Below, in pieces: positions 18,298 to 26,902 of a DNA stretch of 64,000 bases. This stretch comes from Bacteroidota bacterium (GTDB taxonomy: Bacteria > Bacteroidota > Bacteroidia > CAILMK01): contig JABDBQ010000011.1 of NCBI GenBank assembly GCA_013288555.1, positions 1,820 to 65,819 on the forward strand. Direction: 5' to 3'. Position 1 is the stretch's first letter. Each line of letters begins with the position of its first letter. The translations under genes were made by a program, and so were the position numbers. The notes beneath the pieces were generated by a model, which worked only from the letters and a program-made list of their open reading frames with translations, did not search any database and was not told the DNA's origin.

Positions 18298-18535
18298 GTT
18301 CAACCCCTTCGGGGTTGTGAAAAACCTGATATTCTTCATTCCGTGGGTTTTACCCACGGCTATTATTATTCAACCCTTTCAGGGTTGCTAAAACCAGTTT
18401 TATCAAAAATCAAATCCGGAGCATGCAGGGAGCATATATCAATTTCCAGAAGCCTGAAGGGCTTCAACTATAATAACCGCGGGTGAAACCCGTGGAAACG
18501 AAACTCACTGAGATACAACCCTGAAAGGGTTGAAC
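18298..18535. repeat. BIME/REPIN-like cluster of six palindromes forming two inverted halves
   Basis: CAACCC(C/T)TTC(G/A)GGGTTG and CCGTGGGTTTTACCCACGG units; 18298-18388 is an imperfect inverted copy of 18449-18535. Confidence 0.8.
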
Positions 18536-18671
18536 AATATGCCGAAAAACAATCTTCCCAGATCCCTTCAAAAAAACAAATCAATTTTATTCATTATTAA
18601 TTGATTTTTAATATTATTGCATATAATATGCTCTAACCTTTTAATTTATTTTTATTTAAAAAATCCCTTGT

Positions 18672-19817
18672 ATGAAACCAAAATTACCACATCGTTATGT
18701 GCTGATTTTCTTATGCTTAATCGGCCTTAATATCTCTTTAAAAGCACAAACCGGTAATCCCACCATGGATGCAGAATGGACTATAAAAACAAATGACGGT
18801 ACACATCTGGTCCTGGAACTCGGTATCAAAACCGGTACCACACATGAACATCTTGGCCCTGCACAATTTATTTTTTTATTTAATGATAGTTTTGTCCATT
18901 TTGCGGGTGGAGACACTAACGCTATTAACGGTACAGATTATAACTGGATCGACAGTTTCCGACCCTCCCTGTATGCAGGAGATACTTTCGGATATCCGGC
19001 TTCTTCTAATGTAACCCAACCAACACCTGGGGAAGTTATTATTACCCTCAATTTTAACGGTGCACCCGGTGCATCTATTTCATCATCATCGTCTTACATA
19101 CCTGTTATTGATATTATTTTCAGCATTTCTGATCCATCGAAACACACTTCTATTAAATGGCAAATGAATGAAAGTTCTCCTCCAACATTTGATGCCGTAG
19201 AGGATGATGGCTATGGTAATATTGACGAAGGCTCTTTTAGTGGAATTCCCATCAATACTCTTCCTGTTACATTAATTCATTTTAATGCCGGAATAAAGAA
19301 TGCCTTGACCTCTATTTTATGGACTACGGCTTCTGAAATTAATAATGATTATTTCATGGTGGAAAGAAGCGCTGACGGAAAGAACTTCAATTCAATTGCC
19401 TGGGTTCAAGGAGCAGGCAACAGCGAATCCATTAAAGAATATTCTGCCATTGATCCTGATCCGCTGCCTGGAATATCTTATTATAGATTGCGACAAACGG
19501 ATTATAATGGTGATTTTCAAATATTTTATATAGTCGCTGTGAACAATAAGCAAGGAATCAACACTGGAATTAAAAATTTAAATACTTCCATTTCAGGACC
19601 TTATCCCGAAATTACTTATTCAACAAACACGCAGTCTGATGTCAGATTTCGTATTACAGATGTGAATGGGAAACTGATCCTGAATCAGCCAGTTCCATCT
19701 TATCCGGGAATGAATAAAATTGACTTACGTAACATCCCAACATTGAAGCCTGGTATGTATTTTATTTCATTGTATTCTGATGAAGATGCGGTTTATACTA
19801 AGATGATTGTGCCGTAA
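18672..19817 (+). CDS. Secreted protein with cohesin-like beta domain and T9SS type A CTD
   Basis: LPVTLIHF..WTTASEINNDYF..ERS..YYRLRQTD module; CTD GMYFISL. Confidence 0.8.
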   Translation: MKPKLPHRYVLIFLCLIGLNISLKAQTGNPTMDAEWTIKTNDGTHLVLELGIKTGTTHEHLGPAQFIFLFNDSFVHFAGGDTNAINGTDYNWIDSFRPSLYAGDTFGYPASSNVTQPTPGEVIITLNFNGAPGASISSSSSYIPVIDIIFSISDPSKHTSIKWQMNESSPPTFDAVEDDGYGNIDEGSFSGIPINTLPVTLIHFNAGIKNALTSILWTTASEINNDYFMVERSADGKNFNSIAWVQGAGNSESIKEYSAIDPDPLPGISYYRLRQTDYNGDFQIFYIVAVNNKQGINTGIKNLNTSISGPYPEITYSTNTQSDVRFRITDVNGKLILNQPVPSYPGMNKIDLRNIPTLKPGMYFISLYSDEDAVYTKMIVP

Positions 19818-19857
19818 CATTTTTCTTATGACCAACTTGTCATTTCGACCACCCCGT

Positions 19858-19958
19858 TTGTCATTTCGACGCAGGAGAAATCTGGCGTATACTAATTGAA
19901 ATCTCTGTACTTAATTAAACTAAGCTTAAATCAGATTTCTCCTGCGTCGGAATGACAA
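19858..19958. repeat. REP-type 27 bp inverted repeat pair (TTGTCATTTCGACGCAGGAGAAATCTG), probable bidirectional terminator
   Basis: 19858-19884 vs 19932-19958 are 26/27 complementary; related half-sites at ~6915-6951, ~37769-37797 and ~39522-39561. Confidence 0.8.
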
Positions 19959-19982
19959 GAACGTAGGGATAGAAAACGCCGA

Positions 19983-20588
19983 TCAATTACCCTTACCGAA
20001 ATGCAATTTCCATCTCAACCCGAGACTATGTGCCCCTGAGATCATATCATAATGATATTGAATCAATGCATCTTTTTTGGTAAGCAGTGCTAATGAAATA
20101 CCTGCCACAGGCTGCAGATTTCGTGATGAATATCCCGCGAATCCGCCAATAAAAATTCTGTTCGTTGGCTTTGTAGACAATGTCGTTAAATGCAGGTTTC
20201 GGCTATTCTCAATCAGCACTTTATGTCCTGCTATTTTATTATCAGAAACACTGTCTTCTATGACAGCCGTCACATCCCTGGCCTCAATAGTATCCCTGTA
20301 AATCCGGCTCGCAAAATAATCTTTGATCATAGCAGATGTATCTACTTTTGAAATACTTTGCGGATAATAAATTTTATACGGTTTAAAAACAGTGTCCTGT
20401 ACCAGAAATAATTGACTGTCTCCATGAACTACGATAGTATCATGTTTGAACAGATTATCTTTTTGTTTTTGAATGGAACAGGAACGCTGCAACAAGATAA
20501 TGACAAGGAGCAGGCACGACAATATCCATCCTGTCCATTTTAATTTATCAATCATGTGAATTATGGTTTTCAAGGGTTTGCTTGACAA
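19983..20588 (-). CDS. Phage membrane-anchored protein (spanin-like lysis module component); likely start ATG 20555
   Basis: N-terminal TM then DT-rich stalk and beta-rich C-terminus; follows holin-like genes. Confidence 0.5.
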   Translation of the reverse strand: MSSKPLKTIIHMIDKLKWTGWILSCLLLVIILLQRSCSIQKQKDNLFKHDTIVVHGDSQLFLVQDTVFKPYKIYYPQSISKVDTSAMIKDYFASRIYRDTIEARDVTAVIEDSVSDNKIAGHKVLIENSRNLHLTTLSTKPTNRIFIGGFAGYSSRNLQPVAGISLALLTKKDALIQYHYDMISGAHSLGLRWKLHFGKGN

Positions 20589-20763
20589 TTTCTTCTGGTG
20601 ATTTTTGAGCGTCTTTGGAAAAGAGCAGTCCTATGCCTGAAAGGATAATTGGGCCACTTTCAATCCAGTTTTGTTTGGCAGTCAAGCCGGTGTACAAGCC
20701 GGCTGCAATTAAGATACAGCCGAGCAGGCTGGTTTTCCAGTTTTCAATGATCATTGTTTTCAT
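20548..20763 (-). CDS. Holin-like small membrane protein
   Basis: 71 aa, two TM helices, NWKTSLLG...GLLFSKD pattern. Confidence 0.55.
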   Translation of the reverse strand: MKTMIIENWKTSLLGCILIAAGLYTGLTAKQNWIESGPIILSGIGLLFSKDAQKSPEEIVKQTLENHNSHD

Positions 20764-20947
20764 GATTGTTTTCTTTTTGATTTTCGGGTTTTAAAAATTC
20801 GTGGTATATCTTAAGACAGACATAGATGGCTGATGGAAGGCCGAATGCCAGTTTGATACTCCAGTCGATGGCGCTGAGCCAGATACCGGCATTTACTGCG
20901 GATACCTGGACGGTATTGTTTGATATAAAACTTATTAATGATTTCAA
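20744..20947 (-). CDS. Holin-like small membrane protein
   Basis: 67 aa hydrophobic protein overlapping the next gene. Confidence 0.5.
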   Translation of the reverse strand: MKSLISFISNNTVQVSAVNAGIWLSAIDWSIKLAFGLPSAIYVCLKIYHEFLKPENQKENNHENNDH

Positions 20948-20960
20948 GGATTCGATTCAT

Positions 20961-22235
20961 TTAAAAATGTTTGCGGCAAAGTAGATAAGGTTGAGTGGCA
21001 CTTTTAGCAACGGAAGATGCAGTTGGAAATGTTTGATAGGAAATCCTTAGCGCTGCCGTGGTTGCACTATAATTCGTGGTCGAGGACCAGACCTGTGCAG
21101 AGCTGACAGGGTTCAAATTAAAGGGCGCATAATTCAAACAAACGGCAGAATACTGTGTAATAGAAAGCACTTCATTGGCATTGGGCAATTTGAAATCATT
21201 ATAGGTATTCGCTCCAACAGTGAGTGATAATGTGTTTGCAATGGCTGTCGCCCAGGTGGCGGAGGTTTGCAATGTGGTACACCATCCCAGCCCGGTAGCA
21301 TGGTCAATAACATAATTGCTTCCAAATACCTGTGCGCCATTCTCGTCCGTAAAGCGGTGGGTGTTCCCAAAACTGTTGTTGGTCTTCAGGGTAAAAAAAT
21401 CAGTGAGCCTACCATGCTGCAGGTTGCCGTCATCACCGGTGGCATAAGAGGTAGTCTGCCCGGTCTGGAGCGTATAAATCTCATTTATGGAATTTCGTTG
21501 TATTGTACTCAGGTTATCCTGCAAAAACTGGTTGCTCATTACAGTGCCTAAAACGTATTTCAACTGGGAAGAAGTGAGGTTTGCCAACTGGCTGTTTACC
21601 AGTTCCTGAACCTGGGCGGCACTCATATATCCGATCTGGGTATTTGTAAGGGAATACGTTGACAGCAAAGTACCGGATGAATTATATGTTTTCAATACCA
21701 GTTTTGCAACGACATTTGTATCTGTCATAAAATGCAGCCATGCATTTGTTCCAGGTCTTATACTCTGAACTATAGGTGCATTGGTCAGGAATTTCTTTTG
21801 GACAGATGCTGCAATCAGCCAGTCGGTCTGGTTATAATTCAGGAAATCCGGGAAATCAAAAACAGAATTAAATACGTATCGCTTTTCTTCTGTTACAAGA
21901 GAAAGATATTGAACCGGGCCGGTAGGATCCGAGCCATACTCCTCGCCAAACTTTACGATATAAGGATAGCCACTTGCACTGTTCTTTTCGAAATTTACCG
22001 TAGCCGCATCAATATCGTAGTGGACATAATTTTCAAGGATCCTATGCAGGTCGAACATGCCGTAGCCATCCGGTTGCGGGATACGTTTGATGCGTGCCAA
22101 CCTTGTAGTACCGTCGGCTGCATATATATCACAGATATACTTATAGTTGGGCTGACTCTGATTGCTGCTGGTAACTACGTATACCAGTTCGTTATACGCA
22201 GGACTGAATTTTGATGGGTATTGGGTTATGGTCAT
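20961..22235 (-). CDS. Phage virion/tail protein with C-terminal DUF1566 (Lcl-C, C-type-lectin-like) domain
   Basis: TGQTTSYATGDDG, VIDHATGLGW, TWATA, FKLPNANEV, WSSTT motifs; N-terminal virion-structural-like segment. Confidence 0.7.
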   Translation of the reverse strand: MTITQYPSKFSPAYNELVYVVTSSNQSQPNYKYICDIYAADGTTRLARIKRIPQPDGYGMFDLHRILENYVHYDIDAATVNFEKNSASGYPYIVKFGEEYGSDPTGPVQYLSLVTEEKRYVFNSVFDFPDFLNYNQTDWLIAASVQKKFLTNAPIVQSIRPGTNAWLHFMTDTNVVAKLVLKTYNSSGTLLSTYSLTNTQIGYMSAAQVQELVNSQLANLTSSQLKYVLGTVMSNQFLQDNLSTIQRNSINEIYTLQTGQTTSYATGDDGNLQHGRLTDFFTLKTNNSFGNTHRFTDENGAQVFGSNYVIDHATGLGWCTTLQTSATWATAIANTLSLTVGANTYNDFKLPNANEVLSITQYSAVCLNYAPFNLNPVSSAQVWSSTTNYSATTAALRISYQTFPTASSVAKSATQPYLLCRKHF

Positions 22236-22284
22236 GGGGAAATTGGTGAGTTAGTGAGTTAAAAGAATTCCACAAAATCGTAAT

Positions 22285-22785
22285 TCATAATTCGTAATTC
22301 ATAATTGATTTTACGTCTTGTTTGAAGGCAGCACTTAAACTATTATTTAACTCCTTAAATAAGTCGGGGTTAATTGTATTCGAATAGAAATTCGTGGCAG
22401 GAATTCCATCCCTGGCTATCTTCCTTCCGATAAGATATGCAAGACTTTTGAGCTGGTTTTGTTGTGATAAAACGGTCGACATTCCGTTTCTGTTTTTAAT
22501 TTTTTTTAGCGTCGACTTTTGGATTACGTTGAGTTGCTTATTTTGAATCCAACTGGCTATAATATCCGGCGGCGGGAACTTTCCGGGCTTCCTGCCCCGG
22601 TCTATAAAATTATAATAATCTGCCAGTTGCAACTGAAACACAATCGGGAAGCCTGCATAATTAATGCTAAAGCTGATACTATTGCCCAAGAATTGATCAG
22701 GATCTTTTTCAGGAGGTATGGCAGTCTTTAATGCAGATACAATCTTCTCACCCCAGGCTTCTAAAGTGTTTTGAATATTTTCCAT
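22285..22785 (-). CDS. Phage neck/tail-completion protein (HK97 gp10-like)
   Basis: Y.FIDRGRKPGK.PP..I..WI and LAYLIGRKIARDGIPAT.F motifs. Confidence 0.6.
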   Translation of the reverse strand: MENIQNTLEAWGEKIVSALKTAIPPEKDPDQFLGNSISFSINYAGFPIVFQLQLADYYNFIDRGRKPGKFPPPDIIASWIQNKQLNVIQKSTLKKIKNRNGMSTVLSQQNQLKSLAYLIGRKIARDGIPATNFYSNTINPDLFKELNNSLSAAFKQDVKSIMNYEL

Positions 22786-22838
22786 TATACTTCATATTTA
22801 TTGTATATCAAACTATCTTAACTGTTGGCCGTTGACTG

Positions 22839-23087
22839 CTAATTGTTTACTTTTTGTTGATTCTTCGCCTTCAAAAACGAGATCCTGTTCATGAATTCGA
22901 TAACATTCATTTTTTCATAATACTGCCAGAGGTTTCCGTTCCCGTTACTTAAGGCATCAAGGACTATAAACCAGCCGTAACGCTCATGATATCCATCATT
23001 TCTGTTTGTATCTGGTTCATCTTCTTTGTCGTCTCGGTCTTCAAATAATCCTGCATAGCTACTGTTAAATGCTGCGAGAGATTGCAA
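22839..23087 (-). CDS. -1 frame extension of tail assembly chaperone (G-T type)
   Basis: Opens at the T9 slippery run; YGWFIVLDALS...MNVIEF.N.ISF motif. Confidence 0.7.
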   Translation of the reverse strand: MQSLAAFNSSYAGLFEDRDDKEDEPDTNRNDGYHERYGWFIVLDALSNGNGNLWQYYEKMNVIEFMNRISFLKAKNQQKVNN

Positions 23088-23596
23088 AAAAAAACCAGTA
23101 TCGGATAAGCGATCGACATTGACATGTTTTCATATAAAAATGCGGCCCGCTCTGAGTGATCTTTGCCATCATATTTTATGGGAATCAAGCCCCATTTCAA
23201 TGGGGCTACTATCACTGCCAGGACATTATGAATATTCGCTGTGGGGTTTTCATTTTCTTTCAAAAATGTCATCAGGTCAATATACTGTCCGCCGCTAAGA
23301 TCGGAGGCATTTAAGTTGATTTTGAACCATTTGCCTTTGATGCAAAAGCGCAAATGCTTAGAACTCTTCAATGGCCTGATCAAATCAAGGTTGTTCAGGA
23401 AGCTGATCTTATCAAGGCATTCGTGCAAAGTTTTCAGCGGCAAAGCCAGGATTTCGCTCCTGGATATGCCTGAAAGAAGCGAAATGATTTCAACATCTTT
23501 ACCGTGATTATCAAGACTTTTGTCGTTAATTATTTTTTCAAAACCGCAATAGGTTTTCAGGGAAATCTCTTTCCATGAGGTTGGTAGTTTGGGCAT
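22964..23596 (-). CDS. Phage tail assembly chaperone (G type)
   Basis: LPTSWKEISL, GQYIDL; ...VFFC encoded by GTT TTT TTT TGC. Confidence 0.7.
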   Translation of the reverse strand: MPKLPTSWKEISLKTYCGFEKIINDKSLDNHGKDVEIISLLSGISRSEILALPLKTLHECLDKISFLNNLDLIRPLKSSKHLRFCIKGKWFKINLNASDLSGGQYIDLMTFLKENENPTANIHNVLAVIVAPLKWGLIPIKYDGKDHSERAAFLYENMSMSIAYPILVFFCNLSQHLTVAMQDYLKTETTKKMNQIQTEMMDIMSVTAGL

Positions 23597-23654
23597 AAAA
23601 ATCTTTTAATATATAAATTTTTTAATCTTCAATTTTTTAATCTTTTAATTGTCT

Positions 23655-24809
23655 CTATCTCATCGCATATTTCCCACTTGGTCTTAATCCATGGGTATGA
23701 ACAGCATATCTGATCGCATCAAGCGCATGATCATTGAATTTGACCGGTTCATCAATCAGGTTCCCGTTCGCATCTTCTTTCCATTTGTAGCCTTGTCGTT
23801 CTTTGAGGATATTGGTACTGCGGCGTGTTACAAATACTTTCATCCGTTTCATCTTATCAATCCCATCTTTCACACTTTTGTCAGCTGATTTGCAGTTTAA
23901 TCCCGCCTTCCTGATCTCAGCTATCCGCTGTGGTTCTGCAGCATCAGCATAGATACTTGCATGAGCTGGCAGTAAATCATTCATCCTTATAATGAGCTCA
24001 CTATTTGTAAGGTAGGTCTGATAGATCAATTCATCCACCCAAAGCTGGTTCCCGTCTTTCAAACAGCATTTCACAAGGGCAGTGGGAACATTATACCCGA
24101 AATCCAATCCGTAAAACACATCTCCTCCTTCTGGTAACTCATCCACGATATCCCAGGCATTGTATATGGTTGTTTTCAACTGACCTCTCTCACCGAGCCC
24201 GTATATCCTCCAGAGATTTTCATCCGTTTCTTTCAGTCTTTCAATTTCCTTTATGATATTTTTATCCAGGAAGTGATTGTCTTTATATGTTGACTTTATA
24301 AAAGTGCAATCAGTCCTTATCAACAGATGCTCATAGATCCAATGGTTCTCATCAACAGGATTGTAATCGATAAATACCTGTTTCCGGGTTCGTAACATCA
24401 ACTGGTTAAATGTTTCATAAGGAACTAAATTACATTCGTTTACAAACAGGATATCTCTTCTTGGGCCACGGGCTTTGCCGGGATCATCGAGACTGAAAAA
24501 TTCGATGCGGCTTTTACTGATTTTGAAAATATTATCCGTTTTGTTATAAAATTGCTCATCATACAAATCATATGCGTTCAGCATATTGGTAAAGTCAAGC
24601 AAGGCACCTTTTTTCAGATGCGGCAAACTCACCGAACAAACCGAAATATGCAATTTCTCTTTGATGGCTTTTGCAACCAATGCCTGCAAAACCGACCAGG
24701 TCTTCCCTGAAGATGTACCTCCCTGGTTGACAATAATCCGATCCGGCGATTCAAGATTTTTTGATAATATCTCCGATCCTTTGTATTTGAGTTTTTTAGT
24801 CTTCAACAT
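23655..24809 (-). CDS. Terminase large subunit (PBSX family)
   Basis: QGGTSSGKT Walker A, LFVNE Walker B, DYNP, GLDFGY, YADAAEP, NDHALDAIRY nuclease motifs. Confidence 0.92.
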   Translation of the reverse strand: MLKTKKLKYKGSEILSKNLESPDRIIVNQGGTSSGKTWSVLQALVAKAIKEKLHISVCSVSLPHLKKGALLDFTNMLNAYDLYDEQFYNKTDNIFKISKSRIEFFSLDDPGKARGPRRDILFVNECNLVPYETFNQLMLRTRKQVFIDYNPVDENHWIYEHLLIRTDCTFIKSTYKDNHFLDKNIIKEIERLKETDENLWRIYGLGERGQLKTTIYNAWDIVDELPEGGDVFYGLDFGYNVPTALVKCCLKDGNQLWVDELIYQTYLTNSELIIRMNDLLPAHASIYADAAEPQRIAEIRKAGLNCKSADKSVKDGIDKMKRMKVFVTRRSTNILKERQGYKWKEDANGNLIDEPVKFNDHALDAIRYAVHTHGLRPSGKYAMR

Positions 24810-25140
24810 CGTCGATACATTTATGGATAATGGTTATTTCCACTTCATTAATATCGCTACCCGGTGGTTCTTTCCTGGCCTTAATTTCAGGACTAAAATA
24901 TTTGGCGACAGCATTACCAAACGCTATCCGGTCTTTGTGACTGAGACTTTCAACATCTTCATTCAATGTCTTGATGCACTTATCAAAAACTTGACGTAAA
25001 GCATCATCCCAGTTTTGACCTCATCCTTCTGCGCCTGACTTTTCTGCCGCGCTTTTTCGGGCTTGCGTTTTGGTGCTGACTTTCCTTTTGGTTGCCGGTC
25101 GGGAGGAGGCTTTGGGTTTCTGATGGGTCTTTGGTTTCAT
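24796..25140 (-). pseudogene. Terminase small-subunit-like frame with in-frame TGA at 25021-25023
   Basis: Own translation: 39 aa basic segment, TGA, then 74 aa GQNWDDALRQ...SLSHKDRI...EVEITIIHKCIDDVED*, overlapping the terL start. Confidence 0.5.
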
Positions 25141-25384
25141 GGGTTTCTTTTTGTTTGATTTGATTCAATATCTCACGCTCATACTGGTTAAAAAGCGTCG
25201 TGATCATTTCTTCTACACATACACTGCAGTACAACCTCACAGGTGCCGGATGAAGTTCTTCGCGATACACAGAAGCAATGGCTTCCAGGGTCGGCAGGTT
25301 GATAGGTGGAATGCATTTGTTAGCCTTATAATATTCCCAGAATGGCAGGTAATTGCGTAGCTTTTCTAAGTTGGTTGGCGACAT
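25004..25384 (-). CDS. Phage hypothetical protein with CxxC motif
   Basis: YCSVCV motif, basic tail; position upstream of terminase. Confidence 0.6.
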   Translation of the reverse strand: MSPTNLEKLRNYLPFWEYYKANKCIPPINLPTLEAIASVYREELHPAPVRLYCSVCVEEMITTLFNQYEREILNQIKQKETHETKDPSETQSLLPTGNQKESQHQNASPKKRGRKVRRRRMRSKLG

Positions 25385-25428
25385 AAATCAATTGGTTGGT
25401 TTAGGGTTATTTATTCTTGTTTCATCAA

Positions 25429-26415
25429 TCAGGATTTAAATGCATCTGTTACGATTTTTAATGAATCTTCAAATCGTTTGAGTTGGAAATTATGCTTGAG
25501 TTGCTCCATGTGTACGAGGCCATATTGCTGCCTGACTTCATCGCTTTCTAAAGTGATTCTACCTGCCCACAATCCCTCGTGAAATATACTGAAATCCTGC
25601 CTGTTAAAATTAAGATCGATGGGCGTTTTTGCAGTAATAGTTAAAAGGAATACGAAATAAGCCATCCCTACAACCTGCCGCATCAGGAATAACCGGGCAT
25701 GCTGGTATTCAGTTGCTTTCGCCCCGAAATAACTACACAGGAAATCCTTTTCCTCTGTATCGTTTCTTACAACAAAGTTTGCGACCATTGCCAGGTCTGA
25801 ATATCGGTCATTCAAAAATGCAGCTTCCCAGTCCACAAGCCAGGGTCGCTCCCCATCATAGATAATATTTTCAGGCTTCACGTCATTGTGACAGGATACC
25901 ATATCAGGACCTATGCGTGGGTAAATGCTTGAAATTCTTGAATACTGATGGAACAAATCTTCGGTCATGTTTTCAGGTAATATTTTCACGTCCCTGAATT
26001 TCTGGATAAAACTATCAATAAAATCAAAATACTTTACCGTGTACGGGAAAGGCGGAAGTGCATGCAAATCTTTTAGCAACAAAGGCATTTTAACTCTTGC
26101 TTCATCTACAGAAAAAGGTTCAGGCTCTATAAAATCCGTAATAGAAATACGGTCTTCGATGCCAGTATACCAGATCTTTGGGGCAAGACCCGCCTCTGCT
26201 GCCGGCTTCATGCAGGAATAATAGTGCGTTGGGTCGGCCATCGCATCTGTTCGCATAATGACACGAAGGAGATAGGCATTGCCCTTCACCACAATCCGGA
26301 AAATAAGAGCAGATGAAAGTCCGGCAGTGAGTTGGCGGATATCTTCAAATTCATTTGTCCCGAAAGCAATATTAAGAGCGTTAGCAACAGCAGATTTTTT
26401 CTCTTCAGGAATCAT
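25429..26415 (-). CDS. APH / choline-kinase-like phosphotransferase (moron within phage cassette)
   Basis: CHNDVKPENI and VDWE motifs; own TATATTTG -7 element near 26447-26454 (minus strand). Confidence 0.85.
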   Translation of the reverse strand: MIPEEKKSAVANALNIAFGTNEFEDIRQLTAGLSSALIFRIVVKGNAYLLRVIMRTDAMADPTHYYSCMKPAAEAGLAPKIWYTGIEDRISITDFIEPEPFSVDEARVKMPLLLKDLHALPPFPYTVKYFDFIDSFIQKFRDVKILPENMTEDLFHQYSRISSIYPRIGPDMVSCHNDVKPENIIYDGERPWLVDWEAAFLNDRYSDLAMVANFVVRNDTEEKDFLCSYFGAKATEYQHARLFLMRQVVGMAYFVFLLTITAKTPIDLNFNRQDFSIFHEGLWAGRITLESDEVRQQYGLVHMEQLKHNFQLKRFEDSLKIVTDAFKS

Positions 26416-26616
26416 AAAAGTTATCAGTTAATGTTGTTTAAATGGGCCAAATATATAGTCGTTTTGAAGCTTCCGGCAAGCATTTTATGTTTATTTTTTT
26501 TATTTGAACTTTGTTTAAAAAATGGACGTTAAGCCTATAACTGACCTTGTATTTTAATCGCTGAATATTTTAATTTATCGGACTTTAGTACCGGATCATT
26601 GATTATTGATCATTGA

Positions 26617-26874
26617 TCATTTCTTCAGTGTTTTAGAAATAAAAACAGCAACAATAGAACTCATTGCGGCAAACAATGGCGCAGCCAGAAATTGCTTTTG
26701 AAACATAAACAAAATGAGTGCAATCCACCATGCAAGGCACATTGGGCAATCAAACGGTTTCAGTCGGTTAAAATTCAGTCTATATTTGACCCATTGTACC
26801 AATCCTGAGGTTTCCGCAATTAAGACAGCCATACAGGCACAAGAAATTATTAATAGCAGGTTTTGCATTGTCAA
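26617..26874 (-). CDS. Phage small membrane protein with CxxC (DUF1360-like)
   Basis: KPFDCPMCLAWW within hydrophobic helices. Confidence 0.6.
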   Translation of the reverse strand: MTMQNLLLIISCACMAVLIAETSGLVQWVKYRLNFNRLKPFDCPMCLAWWIALILFMFQKQFLAAPLFAAMSSIVAVFISKTLKK

Positions 26875-26902
26875 TATTTTAATCTTTTAATTTTTCAATT
26901 TT

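Noticed and set aside
18298-18535. CRISPR array
   Set aside because: The repeats are short palindromes of alternating types in inverted arrangement, spacers are irregular, and there are no cas genes.
20961-21150. Complete diversity-generating retroelement around the DUF1566 gene
   Set aside because: No reverse transcriptase, no Avd and no adenine-variant template repeat was found in the window.
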